Sequence record: MZ475898.1
DNA length: 64,000 nucleotides
Direction: 5' to 3' (one strand)
Part shown: in pieces, positions 52,808-61,765 of the stretch
Layout of the letters: the number at the start of each line of letters is the position of its first letter
Numbering within the stretch: the stretch's first letter is position 1
Translations under genes and position numbers: made by a program
Notes under the pieces: generated by a model
Databases searched by the model: none
The model's input: only the letters and a program-made list of their open reading frames with translations
What the model was told of the DNA's origin: nothing

Positions 52808-53709
52808 CAGCTACTCCTTGTGGTGAAGCGCAGCTTAGGACAATACATGATTGTCTTCTGGTTAGGAATAACGTCGCCCACGATCTTGAATGGACCTGAC
52901 GTACCGCACGCACCCGCCGCAAACATAATGTCATCAGAGTAGTCAATGCTACCATGAGTGAACGTATTGCAGTGAGTGAAAGCAGCCCACGTAGGAGCAG
53001 TTGCAGCAGCGCTTGGTGCAGCATCTACGGAACTCAACAGGATGCGAGGCATGGACGCAGTGGTGCCTGAGTATTTGAAGCGATAGCGCTTAGCAGCACG
53101 CGGTGTAGACAGAGCAAGACAAGTAGCCTCACCTGCAACAGCCGTAGCACTACCTAACGCGTATTCAGTTGCACCATCGTCAGACAACGCTACCAGCGTA
53201 AAGCCGTCAGAAACAGTACCGAGGAACTTGATGTGCGTTACGGTAACCGCAGTGTCAAACTCAATGTCCGTATTGCTTGAGGCGAAACGTGAGTACACGG
53301 ACGCTACGGACCCAACGCCAAGAGGCAGCGTGATGTTTCTGTCAGTGAAACCGCTACGCGTAATGCGATTAGGCAGAAGCTGATTAACAGCGAGCGCAGC
53401 AGTTCCCACAGTCCCGTAGTACGAAACGCCTTTAGGTATATACTGCGACTGTAGAGCAAGCGCAATAACGTTACCGTTCTCTGTTCCTGTCACTGGGTTA
53501 CGCACAATACCAATTGCTTGGTTGTACATGTCAGCAAGTGACTTCTGGTTGAAAGCCGCAGCGAAGCCCGCATCAGATGTAGGCAGCTTACCGCTAAATG
53601 CAAAGATATTCCAGCCGGCGCCTACGTTAGGGTCATTCAGGACACCAGCTACGTTTGAGGCCGACCCAACAACTGCTTGAGCCATTTGGCGAGTATTGAT
53701 GATTTTCAT
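52807..53709 (-). CDS. virion fibre paralog, type B (300 aa)
   Basis: IFAFSGKLPT, DIEFDTAVTVTHIKF, AKRYRFKY, PTWAAF. Confidence 0.7.
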   Translation of the reverse strand: MKIINTRQMAQAVVGSASNVAGVLNDPNVGAGWNIFAFSGKLPTSDAGFAAAFNQKSLADMYNQAIGIVRNPVTGTENGNVIALALQSQYIPKGVSYYGTVGTAALAVNQLLPNRITRSGFTDRNITLPLGVGSVASVYSRFASSNTDIEFDTAVTVTHIKFLGTVSDGFTLVALSDDGATEYALGSATAVAGEATCLALSTPRAAKRYRFKYSGTTASMPRILLSSVDAAPSAAATAPTWAAFTHCNTFTHGSIDYSDDIMFAAGACGTSGPFKIVGDVIPNQKTIMYCPKLRFTTRSS

Positions 53710-54167
53710 TATCCCACCACCGGTGCAACAGGTTTGTTGGTAACTTTCGTATCGGACAGATCGAGATTGCCTGTCTGCACACGAAACACGATGTTATCAA
53801 ACAGCACGTCCAGTGTTGCTGTTGTGACGAACTGTCCACACACCACAGGCGCGTACTGCACAGGCGCTGGTGGGTTTGAGTTGAACGACTCAGGCATAAA
53901 CTTAGACTGAGACTGCGTAGCCAGCACAGGTTTAAGTGTCAGCGTATCAACAGCCGCAGTACGCTTGCGCTGAATAAGCGACCACACATTCGCACCAAGC
54001 GTCAACGAAATAGCGGTAGCGCTAGTACGCGTCAGACTAATAGCCGACTGGTTTTCGTTGTCGTACTTACGGTTGGGCTGAGAGGAGCTGCTAATCTCTT
54101 GCTGTGAAAGCACGAACGTAAAGTCCGCAAACATATCTGGGTCGTATGTGACGACAGGAATAAACAT
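53709..54167 (-). CDS. putative virion protein, type D (MFIPVVTYD, 152 aa)
   Basis: N-terminus shared with 56232..56879. Confidence 0.65.
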   Translation of the reverse strand: MFIPVVTYDPDMFADFTFVLSQQEISSSSQPNRKYDNENQSAISLTRTSATAISLTLGANVWSLIQRKRTAAVDTLTLKPVLATQSQSKFMPESFNSNPPAPVQYAPVVCGQFVTTATLDVLFDNIVFRVQTGNLDLSDTKVTNKPVAPVVG

Positions 54168-54169
54168 CG

Positions 54170-55264
54170 TTACACTCCTTGGCGAATGCTGTATTTGTCA
54201 ATGATAGGCGTGTAGGCCGCATTCGCACTTGAACCATAGCCGCCTGTAACGATACTACCAGTAACATTCGGCTTAACAATCGCATACGTGAAGCTATCCA
54301 CAACAGTACCGTTGATGGAAATAGTATGGATGTTTGACAGTGCGTTATACACATACTTGATGTGGACGTTGCTGGCGGTTTTCATCGCGGCATACGCAGC
54401 AATAGGACGAACCACTTTAGCAGCAGCCGCACCGCCACCTGAGTTGTTCCACAACAGGAAGCCTTTCTCGTTCGAACGGTCAAAGGATAGCGTCAGTCTG
54501 TCAGTTAACGTGGTGCCCATCTTGAGCAGCGTGAACTCAGAGTAGTCCGTAGTGCTTGACTGACGATAATCAAACTCAATGGTGAATGACTGACTCAGAT
54601 CGATATTGGACGTGAGAGACATAACGCCTGTCGTGCCTAAATCGATACCAGCAGCACCGTCAGCAGGAGCTTTAGCGTTACCACTTACAGTCGCAGTGGC
54701 TCCAAGATAGTCAGCAAAGCTGGTGGCGCCAGGCGTCCACAACGAACTGTCCAGAGCTACAACCTCTGAACCGCCAAGCCATGTCGCTGTTGTGTTCTCT
54801 ACCCACATGTTGGTCAGTGGAATAGTGAAGCTGTTGATCGTAATCTGCGTCTTATACCCCGCTGCATCGTACTTGATGTTCAGGTCAGGATAAAGCAGAG
54901 TAACGTCCGTGCCTACAGTCAGACACACAGGCAAGATGCCACCCAGAATAAGATGAGTAGGCACGCCTTCTGCAACTGCGGTCAACAGGCAATCAGATAC
55001 GGAAATCTTCTGACGGTCGATAGTGCGAACGCAGTTGGTGCCTTTAGCCAGCACAGTACAGATACCGCTAGACGCTGCTAGTGCTGCATCAAACGAGTAA
55101 CCTGCACCAGTCTGTGTCTGATAGTTAAGGCACTTATTAATGTCTGTCTCAGTGAATCCGTTGTTGAGACGAACGAGATAACAGGACTTATCGTCGGCGG
55201 TAGCCTGAGCAAACAGACGAGTAAGCTGAGGTACGGCAGATGCTGCAAATAAACTGTATTTCAT
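54170..55264 (-). CDS. virion protein with A-like N-terminus and C-terminal LamG/ConA-like domain (364 aa)
   Basis: AVAEGVPTHL; FTIEFDY...HIKYVYN...ISING...IDKYSIRQGV; start moved to 55264. Confidence 0.7.
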   Translation of the reverse strand: MKYSLFAASAVPQLTRLFAQATADDKSCYLVRLNNGFTETDINKCLNYQTQTGAGYSFDAALAASSGICTVLAKGTNCVRTIDRQKISVSDCLLTAVAEGVPTHLILGGILPVCLTVGTDVTLLYPDLNIKYDAAGYKTQITINSFTIPLTNMWVENTTATWLGGSEVVALDSSLWTPGATSFADYLGATATVSGNAKAPADGAAGIDLGTTGVMSLTSNIDLSQSFTIEFDYRQSSTTDYSEFTLLKMGTTLTDRLTLSFDRSNEKGFLLWNNSGGGAAAAKVVRPIAAYAAMKTASNVHIKYVYNALSNIHTISINGTVVDSFTYAIVKPNVTGSIVTGGYGSSANAAYTPIIDKYSIRQGV

Positions 55265-55265
55265 G

Positions 55266-56222
55266 TTATACCTCAGTAGACAGGCGCATCTGAGCGATAG
55301 TAGCGAACTCACCCGGGCCCAATGCGGTAGCCTGTACTTCGATTGGCTTACCACTACCGATAGCTCCGACTTCGCAAGCGAAATAAGTTGGGATGTAGTT
55401 GCCATTTGCCAAAGCACCATAGTTGGTATCTTGAATCACGACGATAGCGCTTTGCACAGTCTTGTAACTCGCATTCACACCAACATCAGATGCAGTCACA
55501 GGAATAGCGCGGCGGTTAGCTACAGAGTGGACAAGTCTAAAGCGATTGCTTGCAGCAGGCACGGTGGCCAGCATGTTACCTTCCTGGTTGGCTGCAATAG
55601 ACCACGCAACAGCAGTTCCAATAGAACCATCACTGTTGATAGGAGCAATCGTGCCGCTCGTAATCAGCGACTGATCGTTAACGTCAGACAGCATGGCATT
55701 AATCGTTACCACGTTGTCATACGTCAGGTCAGTAGTTGATAAGTGAATCCCAGGCTGCGCTGCATCGTGAGGGATACCCGCATAGTCCCAAGGACGATAG
55801 CCCGCTTGACCAATACCCCACAGTGCTTTGTTGCCTGCATCGATCGAGGTAGTGTACGCAGTTTGAATCGCAACGTTTGCAGCAGCCGAGTAGCCTACAG
55901 GAAATGCCTTAGAAGGATAGTGAATCGTTGCCCCGTTCTTTGGTTCGTACACAGAACCCGAACGCGCTTTCCATCCCTCAGACAAATCGAGCAGTGGCAG
56001 CAGGCCTTCTGTTGTTGGACGCAATACTACCTTAGTTGCTGCAACTGCGTTGTTGAACAGGTTACGCATGTCAGTCAAATGCTGACGGAAGTTGCCTTGA
56101 TCTGCAATGGTGTTCTCAAAGAAGAACACGTTGGCGATAATACCATTGGACGCTGTATTCGCCCAGCCGGAGCCTTGCTGTAGCACAGACAGCGGCAGAA
56201 TGTTATGTCCTAAGATACGCAT
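55266..56222 (-). CDS. virion fibre paralog, divergent type B (318 aa)
   Basis: ASNRFRLV, CEVGAIGSG. Confidence 0.65.
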   Translation of the reverse strand: MRILGHNILPLSVLQQGSGWANTASNGIIANVFFFENTIADQGNFRQHLTDMRNLFNNAVAATKVVLRPTTEGLLPLLDLSEGWKARSGSVYEPKNGATIHYPSKAFPVGYSAAANVAIQTAYTTSIDAGNKALWGIGQAGYRPWDYAGIPHDAAQPGIHLSTTDLTYDNVVTINAMLSDVNDQSLITSGTIAPINSDGSIGTAVAWSIAANQEGNMLATVPAASNRFRLVHSVANRRAIPVTASDVGVNASYKTVQSAIVVIQDTNYGALANGNYIPTYFACEVGAIGSGKPIEVQATALGPGEFATIAQMRLSTEV

Positions 56223-56231
56223 CAGAACCTC

Positions 56232-56879
56232 TTAATCATATAAAAATACACCAGCACGCAGACGCACTCTATCAATAACTCCAAACGGTCCAGCGACATT
56301 TCCATATCTGCCTATAGCCCAAGGCGTATCGCTTACTTTCGGCATAGCCTGTACGACTTGAGCAACTTGTTGGCCATTGACAAAGATCGTGTGGGTCTTA
56401 GCTGTTGCGTCATAGACATACTTGAAAGGGACCATGCTCAAAGTCAACAGGCCGCCAAGAACACCAGACTGAGCAATTTGCTTTTCTGCCCATGAGCCGC
56501 CCGTGCTATACCAAACGCCTATGCGAATGTTAGAGCCATTCCATTGGTTCTGCATCAACAGCTCCACCTTGTCTGGGTTAGACTTTAGGTAGGACATGAA
56601 TATGAACTGTGCTAACACATTCGTATCAGTCTGTGCATAGAGCAAATCAAGCGTATATGAGGCAGTCGTATCAAACAGCAGATTACCTGCGGTCTTCACG
56701 TTACCACCACAGACAATACCTACATCAGACAGAGACAATGAAGAAGCAGCAAACTGATTGCCTACATAATCAGTGAACCCGTCTGCGGAGAAGTTGTCAC
56801 GGTCAAAGGCCACCAGCTCATCGCCTGTGAACCAAGGAGGCACGTCCGCTATTTCGTATGAAACGACAGGAATATGCAT
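56232..56879 (-). CDS. type D N-terminus plus LamG/ConA-like domain (215 aa)
   Basis: MHIPVVSYE; KYVYDAT...IFVNG...WAIG...IDRVRLRAGV. Confidence 0.7.
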   Translation of the reverse strand: MHIPVVSYEIADVPPWFTGDELVAFDRDNFSADGFTDYVGNQFAASSLSLSDVGIVCGGNVKTAGNLLFDTTASYTLDLLYAQTDTNVLAQFIFMSYLKSNPDKVELLMQNQWNGSNIRIGVWYSTGGSWAEKQIAQSGVLGGLLTLSMVPFKYVYDATAKTHTIFVNGQQVAQVVQAMPKVSDTPWAIGRYGNVAGPFGVIDRVRLRAGVFLYD

Positions 56880-56880
56880 G

Positions 56881-57378
56881 TTAGAACTCCTTAGAGTCTC
56901 TGCATACAGTCGCTAAGAACTTACCGTTACGCAAGTTGTCTGAACTAAGAATCAGGTCAGCACCCGAACCCGCAGCACCGATAGTCAAGATCAAGAAGCC
57001 ACCGTAAGGCGTGCTTGCAATGCTCTTGTTGAACACAATCACGTTGTACTGAGCAAGCAACTCGGTGATTGTTCCAGCAAACGTTCCCTGAAGTGTGGCA
57101 GCAAGTTTGAATTTATATTTATTGCCTGAACCGTGAATCCAGCGAACAGGATTGTTAGTCACAGACGTTAGGTCAAGCACAGCAGTTGCGCCAATCGCAG
57201 CCTGAACGGTAGTACCATCAGCAACTACGATGTTCGCAGGGTCAGGCACTTTCGCAAAGCAGATTGTTTTCTGCATGTTTGAAAGGCCATACTTCAACGG
57301 CGGATCAGCAGCAGGACGTTTGCCTGCGTCTGGGATAACGATGCCGTTAGCGACCAGCGGGAAAGAAATGATTTCCAT
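56881..57378 (-). CDS. putative virion protein, A-like (165 aa)
   Basis: LTIGAAGSGADLILSS. Confidence 0.65.
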   Translation of the reverse strand: MEIISFPLVANGIVIPDAGKRPAADPPLKYGLSNMQKTICFAKVPDPANIVVADGTTVQAAIGATAVLDLTSVTNNPVRWIHGSGNKYKFKLAATLQGTFAGTITELLAQYNVIVFNKSIASTPYGGFLILTIGAAGSGADLILSSDNLRNGKFLATVCRDSKEF

Positions 57379-57379
57379 T

Positions 57380-57441
57380 ATAGTTCTCCAGTTGTTTCGC
57401 GTTTAAATTACTGACTGCATGTGGTAAGTGCGGAACACTAT
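57380..57441 (-). promoter_or_regulatory. RBS-sequestering hairpin with TAATTT in the loop
   Basis: mRNA AUAGUGUUCC pairs with GGAGAACUAU (one mismatch, one GU); TAATTT at 57410-57405. Confidence 0.5.
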
Positions 57442-57442
57442 G

Positions 57443-58498
57443 CTACAGCGAAACGGTTTTTGTTAGCGCAACGTCTGTGATAGTTGCTACGGATATCTGA
57501 GGGATATCGCCAGGCAGCGTAGATGTAGCGTGAGTGAAGTCCGTACCTTCGCGCAGCACTTGCACCATACACGGATGCTGTGGGTCAAACGCTATTGGAA
57601 GCATAGCCCACGTCAGTTTGGTTGCTGGCGTATCAGCACGCGTAACAAGAGGCACAGAATACAGACGATCTGTTTCAACAAAGTTCGTGGTGTTATTCAG
57701 CGCACCCTTTGAGTATGATGTGCTGTACGACCAACCACCTCCTGAGAAATAGCGCGTACCGTACACGTTAGTTCTCCACGAATACAGAACACGCAGGCTT
57801 CTAGCAGGCGCAGAACTCAACGTAGTCTGAGCATTGGCTATGAGCGCACTCTGACCTACAATACCAGACCGCACCGTTACGTTCGTTGCGTCAGAGTAGG
57901 TATAGGTATCCATATAGACGTTAGTGATAGAGCTGGAATCACTAGAAGACCAGTTACCTATTGTGCCTATGTTACCACTGTTAGAGTCAGACATGGGTAC
58001 AGTCACACCTGTCTGCACTGCACACTTAGGGCTTAGGTTAGCTTCTGTGATTGTACTGTCAAATACAGGCAACAACATAGAAGCAGATGAAGGAATGCGC
58101 TTACCATCAATGTTCGTATTGTCCAGTAAGCTGCCTTGCATTGTAACAACAGAACCTTCTGCAAACAAAGTACCGACGCTGTAGTAACGTCTGAATACTT
58201 CTTGAGGAGTCCAGACAACGGATTCGGCAGCTGTAGGCAACGTTGACCCGTACGTAGGGTTATCTATCATTGTGTGATAGTATCGCATACTACGATAGCC
58301 TGCCATGCGCGTACATTGAAAGGTATCGTTTGCTACATACTGAGAGAACGAACGCGCCAAGTTAATCGTGTTCATTGCAGAGGCTGCGGTAGACTGTGCT
58401 GTTGGAGGAACTGTGTCATCCGTGAACAGAAATACCCTTCTTCTAGCTAGTGCTAGTTTCTTCTCCAACAGCTTAGCCCCACTTGAGGCAAATAACAT
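57443..58498 (-). CDS. virion fibre paralog, type C (351 aa)
   Basis: MLFASSG...RRRVFLF...LARS. Confidence 0.7.
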   Translation of the reverse strand: MLFASSGAKLLEKKLALARRRVFLFTDDTVPPTAQSTAASAMNTINLARSFSQYVANDTFQCTRMAGYRSMRYYHTMIDNPTYGSTLPTAAESVVWTPQEVFRRYYSVGTLFAEGSVVTMQGSLLDNTNIDGKRIPSSASMLLPVFDSTITEANLSPKCAVQTGVTVPMSDSNSGNIGTIGNWSSSDSSSITNVYMDTYTYSDATNVTVRSGIVGQSALIANAQTTLSSAPARSLRVLYSWRTNVYGTRYFSGGGWSYSTSYSKGALNNTTNFVETDRLYSVPLVTRADTPATKLTWAMLPIAFDPQHPCMVQVLREGTDFTHATSTLPGDIPQISVATITDVALTKTVSL

Positions 58499-58507
58499 AA
58501 ACTCTCC

Positions 58508-59542
58508 TTAGACAGAGATAACCGATGCAACCCCGGGGACAGCGAGCGTTTGGAGAAATGATACATCGGGCTCAACGTTTGTCTGTTGCTGTACGTTGTT
58601 TTTGAAGTCAGTACCTTTGCGGAAGATCTCACAGCTAATCTTCTCGCCGTTCCATATAGGACAGCCCAGCCATTCAATGTCGAATGCAGGAGTGTCAGCA
58701 GGCGCAGTTGACGCAAAGCCGATCTTAACAACAGGCTTATGTTGAAGCGGAACGTCTACGTTACCTGGTCTGGAGTACGTCCAGGTATTCACGTTATTGC
58801 CTACAAGCGTGTTATAGATATAGTTCTGCACACCGTACACAGAGGCCATACCCGCAACAGGAGCGGAACCAAACAGTCGTATGATATTACCTATCGAGGA
58901 AGAACCAAAGCTGATGTTGCCTTGAGCATATGAGTTATCCTCAGTTCCGTACGAGGCTCTTGATGCAAAGTACGTGTAGCTCCAACTGTTGTTACTACCA
59001 CTGCCAGACGAGTTGTATGTGCCAGTCCTATCAGGGAAGTGACCACCTACTCCGTAAAGAGACGCGTACTTCTTAGGAATCAGCACGGTCTTTATCGTGC
59101 CAACAACAGGCAGATGGCTAGGGTTATACGTGTCATAAGCAGAAGGTGCAGACAACGACACAGGACCTGCCAGTGGGTTAGCAAACGAATTGTCTGCATT
59201 TAGATAGCTCATCACACCGTGCTTGAGAGCGCGTTGTTGGGCAGTAAGCGTATCTGACATGCTGAATATCGGTGAGTTGTTCACAGTGCGCTCATAGGCA
59301 TCATGATTCACCTCAGCAGGAAAGAAATACTGACTCGCAATGCCACTGCATGAACACCCGAGTAGTTTGTTGTCTGCTACACTATACCCGATAGAGCGAG
59401 CTTCTACCATATTCTTTACCCATGCCACAGGGTCAGTGAGTGCAGCTTCTGGTGTTATTGAACTGTCAAACATGAAGGCACGCTTACGCGCAACAGCCAT
59501 AAGCGTCTTCTGGATGTTTCCACCTGACGATGCAAAAATCAT
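58508..59542 (-). CDS. virion fibre paralog, type C (344 aa)
   Basis: MIFASSGG...RKRAFMFD...VEARS. Confidence 0.7.
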   Translation of the reverse strand: MIFASSGGNIQKTLMAVARKRAFMFDSSITPEAALTDPVAWVKNMVEARSIGYSVADNKLLGCSCSGIASQYFFPAEVNHDAYERTVNNSPIFSMSDTLTAQQRALKHGVMSYLNADNSFANPLAGPVSLSAPSAYDTYNPSHLPVVGTIKTVLIPKKYASLYGVGGHFPDRTGTYNSSGSGSNNSWSYTYFASRASYGTEDNSYAQGNISFGSSSIGNIIRLFGSAPVAGMASVYGVQNYIYNTLVGNNVNTWTYSRPGNVDVPLQHKPVVKIGFASTAPADTPAFDIEWLGCPIWNGEKISCEIFRKGTDFKNNVQQQTNVEPDVSFLQTLAVPGVASVISV

Positions 59543-59551
59543 ATTATTGCC

Positions 59552-60649
59552 TCATAGCGTAATAGAGGACGGGGCATTGCACCAGTCTTTAACTGCTTGA
59601 GCAACTACCAAGTCAGCTTGTTGGGCTACTGTCGTCCCTGTCTGCTTAATATCGGCGGAATCGTCCTGTGCAATATCGAACATAGCGAGCCTGTACCCAC
59701 CAACAGTCTCGTAAGCAATGGCACCAACAGTCAGCACACACGCACCATCATCAGCCATGCCTGTTACAATGACAGAAGGAACATCGGGAATAGTCATTGC
59801 ATTCTGATCTGCGTTCGGCGTTAGTCCTTCATTGAATGAGTTGTTAGTGGTACCTCCACCTATAGGGTACGTGGTGAAGCGCCGCTCCTGCATAGTGATT
59901 ACCATAGCGCCCGACACCGTGTTGAATGCCTGGGGATCGAATACATCTGCCCAATTGCCATTCCCGCCATAAGTCGTATCGTTCGGCAGCATAATATCAA
60001 TATAGTTTTGCGCCTGATAAGTATTAGGTATAGGGTAGAACACAGCAGACGAATAGAACTGGTCATAGTAATAGTTAACACCAGATTGACCTGAACTACG
60101 AAACGATATTGTCGCGTTATTGAGAAACTTAGGCTGGTACTGCGTCTTATTCTTCGTACTACGCATACTGGTGACGATGCGCTGCGGATAAAGATACAAG
60201 CGAGAGGCCAGCTTTGCTTTATCGTACTGCCCAACAAGAGTAGAGCCAAGAATGTTGCTCGTCTTGTCTCCGATAGTACCCCTGGGTGCGAGATACTTCA
60301 CGGTGCAATAGCGGTCAGCTTGTTGGTCTGGCGTGTTGCCGTCTGAGGAAACGTTATACATGCCATTCCATGAAGCACTATTCGACGCGTTGTTCTGGTT
60401 GAATAGCTGAATGTTTGCGCTGTGTGCAGGGTAATAGCGATTGGACTTTACACCACTAAGCGCTGTTGATTTAAGAGCGTCTACGGTACCGCAAGTCATC
60501 GCACGACATTCAGGCACGGACTGTAATAGATACTGGCGTGCTTGTCTGATAGTGTCTTTACTGATTGTGCTGTCAAACAGATATAAGGAGGACATTGCAC
60601 GAGTTCGCACAGCTTTATCTCGTACTCCTCCGACGGAAGCGAATAGCAT
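59552..60649 (-). CDS. virion fibre paralog, type C (365 aa)
   Basis: MLFASVGG...SLYLFD...PECRA. Confidence 0.7.
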   Translation of the reverse strand: MLFASVGGVRDKAVRTRAMSSLYLFDSTISKDTIRQARQYLLQSVPECRAMTCGTVDALKSTALSGVKSNRYYPAHSANIQLFNQNNASNSASWNGMYNVSSDGNTPDQQADRYCTVKYLAPRGTIGDKTSNILGSTLVGQYDKAKLASRLYLYPQRIVTSMRSTKNKTQYQPKFLNNATISFRSSGQSGVNYYYDQFYSSAVFYPIPNTYQAQNYIDIMLPNDTTYGGNGNWADVFDPQAFNTVSGAMVITMQERRFTTYPIGGGTTNNSFNEGLTPNADQNAMTIPDVPSVIVTGMADDGACVLTVGAIAYETVGGYRLAMFDIAQDDSADIKQTGTTVAQQADLVVAQAVKDWCNAPSSITL

Positions 60650-60656
60650 AGCTACC

Positions 60657-61712
60657 TCATAGTGTGTAGGATTTCGTTGTTACTAAGGCAGCCAACACCG
60701 CACTCGAACAAGTAAAAGCAGGCTGAGTGCCTACCGAAGTGCCTGTCGTCAGTGTTAGGTCCGAACCAATGTCCATCACCATAAGCTCGCTGGATTGTTC
60801 CGTGGCTACAGCGATAGCGCCAAAGCTCAATGCTGCATCTGGGTCATCGGCCTGAGTAACATCAATGTAAGGCAGTTCGACGCACACCTCATTGGGTGTA
60901 CCGTTTCGCCAGTTCTGACCACTGCCATAGCTCGTATACCACGTGGCGTTAGCGAACCATGTGCGCGTGTAGTTATACTGTGGGTTTATCATGTACAGAC
61001 CGCCATACTCTGTACGCAGCGCACCTAAAGCAGTAGGCGTACTGTTTTCATAGTAACCAGCACCAACAGGGAAAGATACACCAGGCATCGTCCAGAATCG
61101 AGAAACACCAGAACCCAGAGAGATGAATCCAGGAGTTATGCTCTGCGTATAATCAAAGTAGTCCGTGCTCGTACCGGTACGTCCTCCCATCGTGCTCTTT
61201 GGCCGGAGTTTAACGGACTTGCCGCCAAACAAAGAAAGCCGGGATGTAGGCAGCAGATACGTACGGCTCATGCTATCGAATGAAGTAACACCACCGTAAC
61301 CAGATTGCGTACCGAGCATGTTGCCTGTAGCGACATCAAAAGCAGCTTTAGTTGCAGGCGAGGCTACCGTAACAAAACGCGCAGCATAGTTCTCAACAGT
61401 CTGACCGTCGCTTATACCATTTGTCAGACGGAAGAACCAACCGTTGTTACTGGACACAGGACTGAACTGACCGATACGTCCTGTATGCGACAAATAAAAC
61501 TTATTGTTCTTTATACCGCCTATAGCAGTAGCATCCAGAGTATTACCTGTCATTGTGTGCGTGCAGCTACGCGCTTCATGGCACACGTTCAGCAAACCTA
61601 CAGGGGTGCGAACATTCTGTTTGTCTACGGACGTGTCAAACAAAAATAGGTGCTGCATAGCGGACTTGCGAATGTTTTCCTGTATAACAGCTCCAGCAGA
61701 AACGAATAGCAT
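60657..61712 (-). CDS. virion fibre paralog, type C (351 aa)
   Basis: MLFVSAG...HLFLFD...HEARS; start moved to 61712 (GGAG RBS). Confidence 0.7.
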   Translation of the reverse strand: MLFVSAGAVIQENIRKSAMQHLFLFDTSVDKQNVRTPVGLLNVCHEARSCTHTMTGNTLDATAIGGIKNNKFYLSHTGRIGQFSPVSSNNGWFFRLTNGISDGQTVENYAARFVTVASPATKAAFDVATGNMLGTQSGYGGVTSFDSMSRTYLLPTSRLSLFGGKSVKLRPKSTMGGRTGTSTDYFDYTQSITPGFISLGSGVSRFWTMPGVSFPVGAGYYENSTPTALGALRTEYGGLYMINPQYNYTRTWFANATWYTSYGSGQNWRNGTPNEVCVELPYIDVTQADDPDAALSFGAIAVATEQSSELMVMDIGSDLTLTTGTSVGTQPAFTCSSAVLAALVTTKSYTL

Positions 61713-61723
61713 ACAAGCTCCTA

Positions 61724-61760
61724 AAACGAAAGAGGGCAGACACCTTTCGATGCCCACCCT
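61724..61760 (-). terminator. intrinsic terminator with GAAA loop
   Basis: On - strand AGGGTGGGCATC-GAAA-GGTGTCTGCCCT-CTTTCGTTTT. Confidence 0.7.
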
Positions 61761-61765
61761 TTAGA

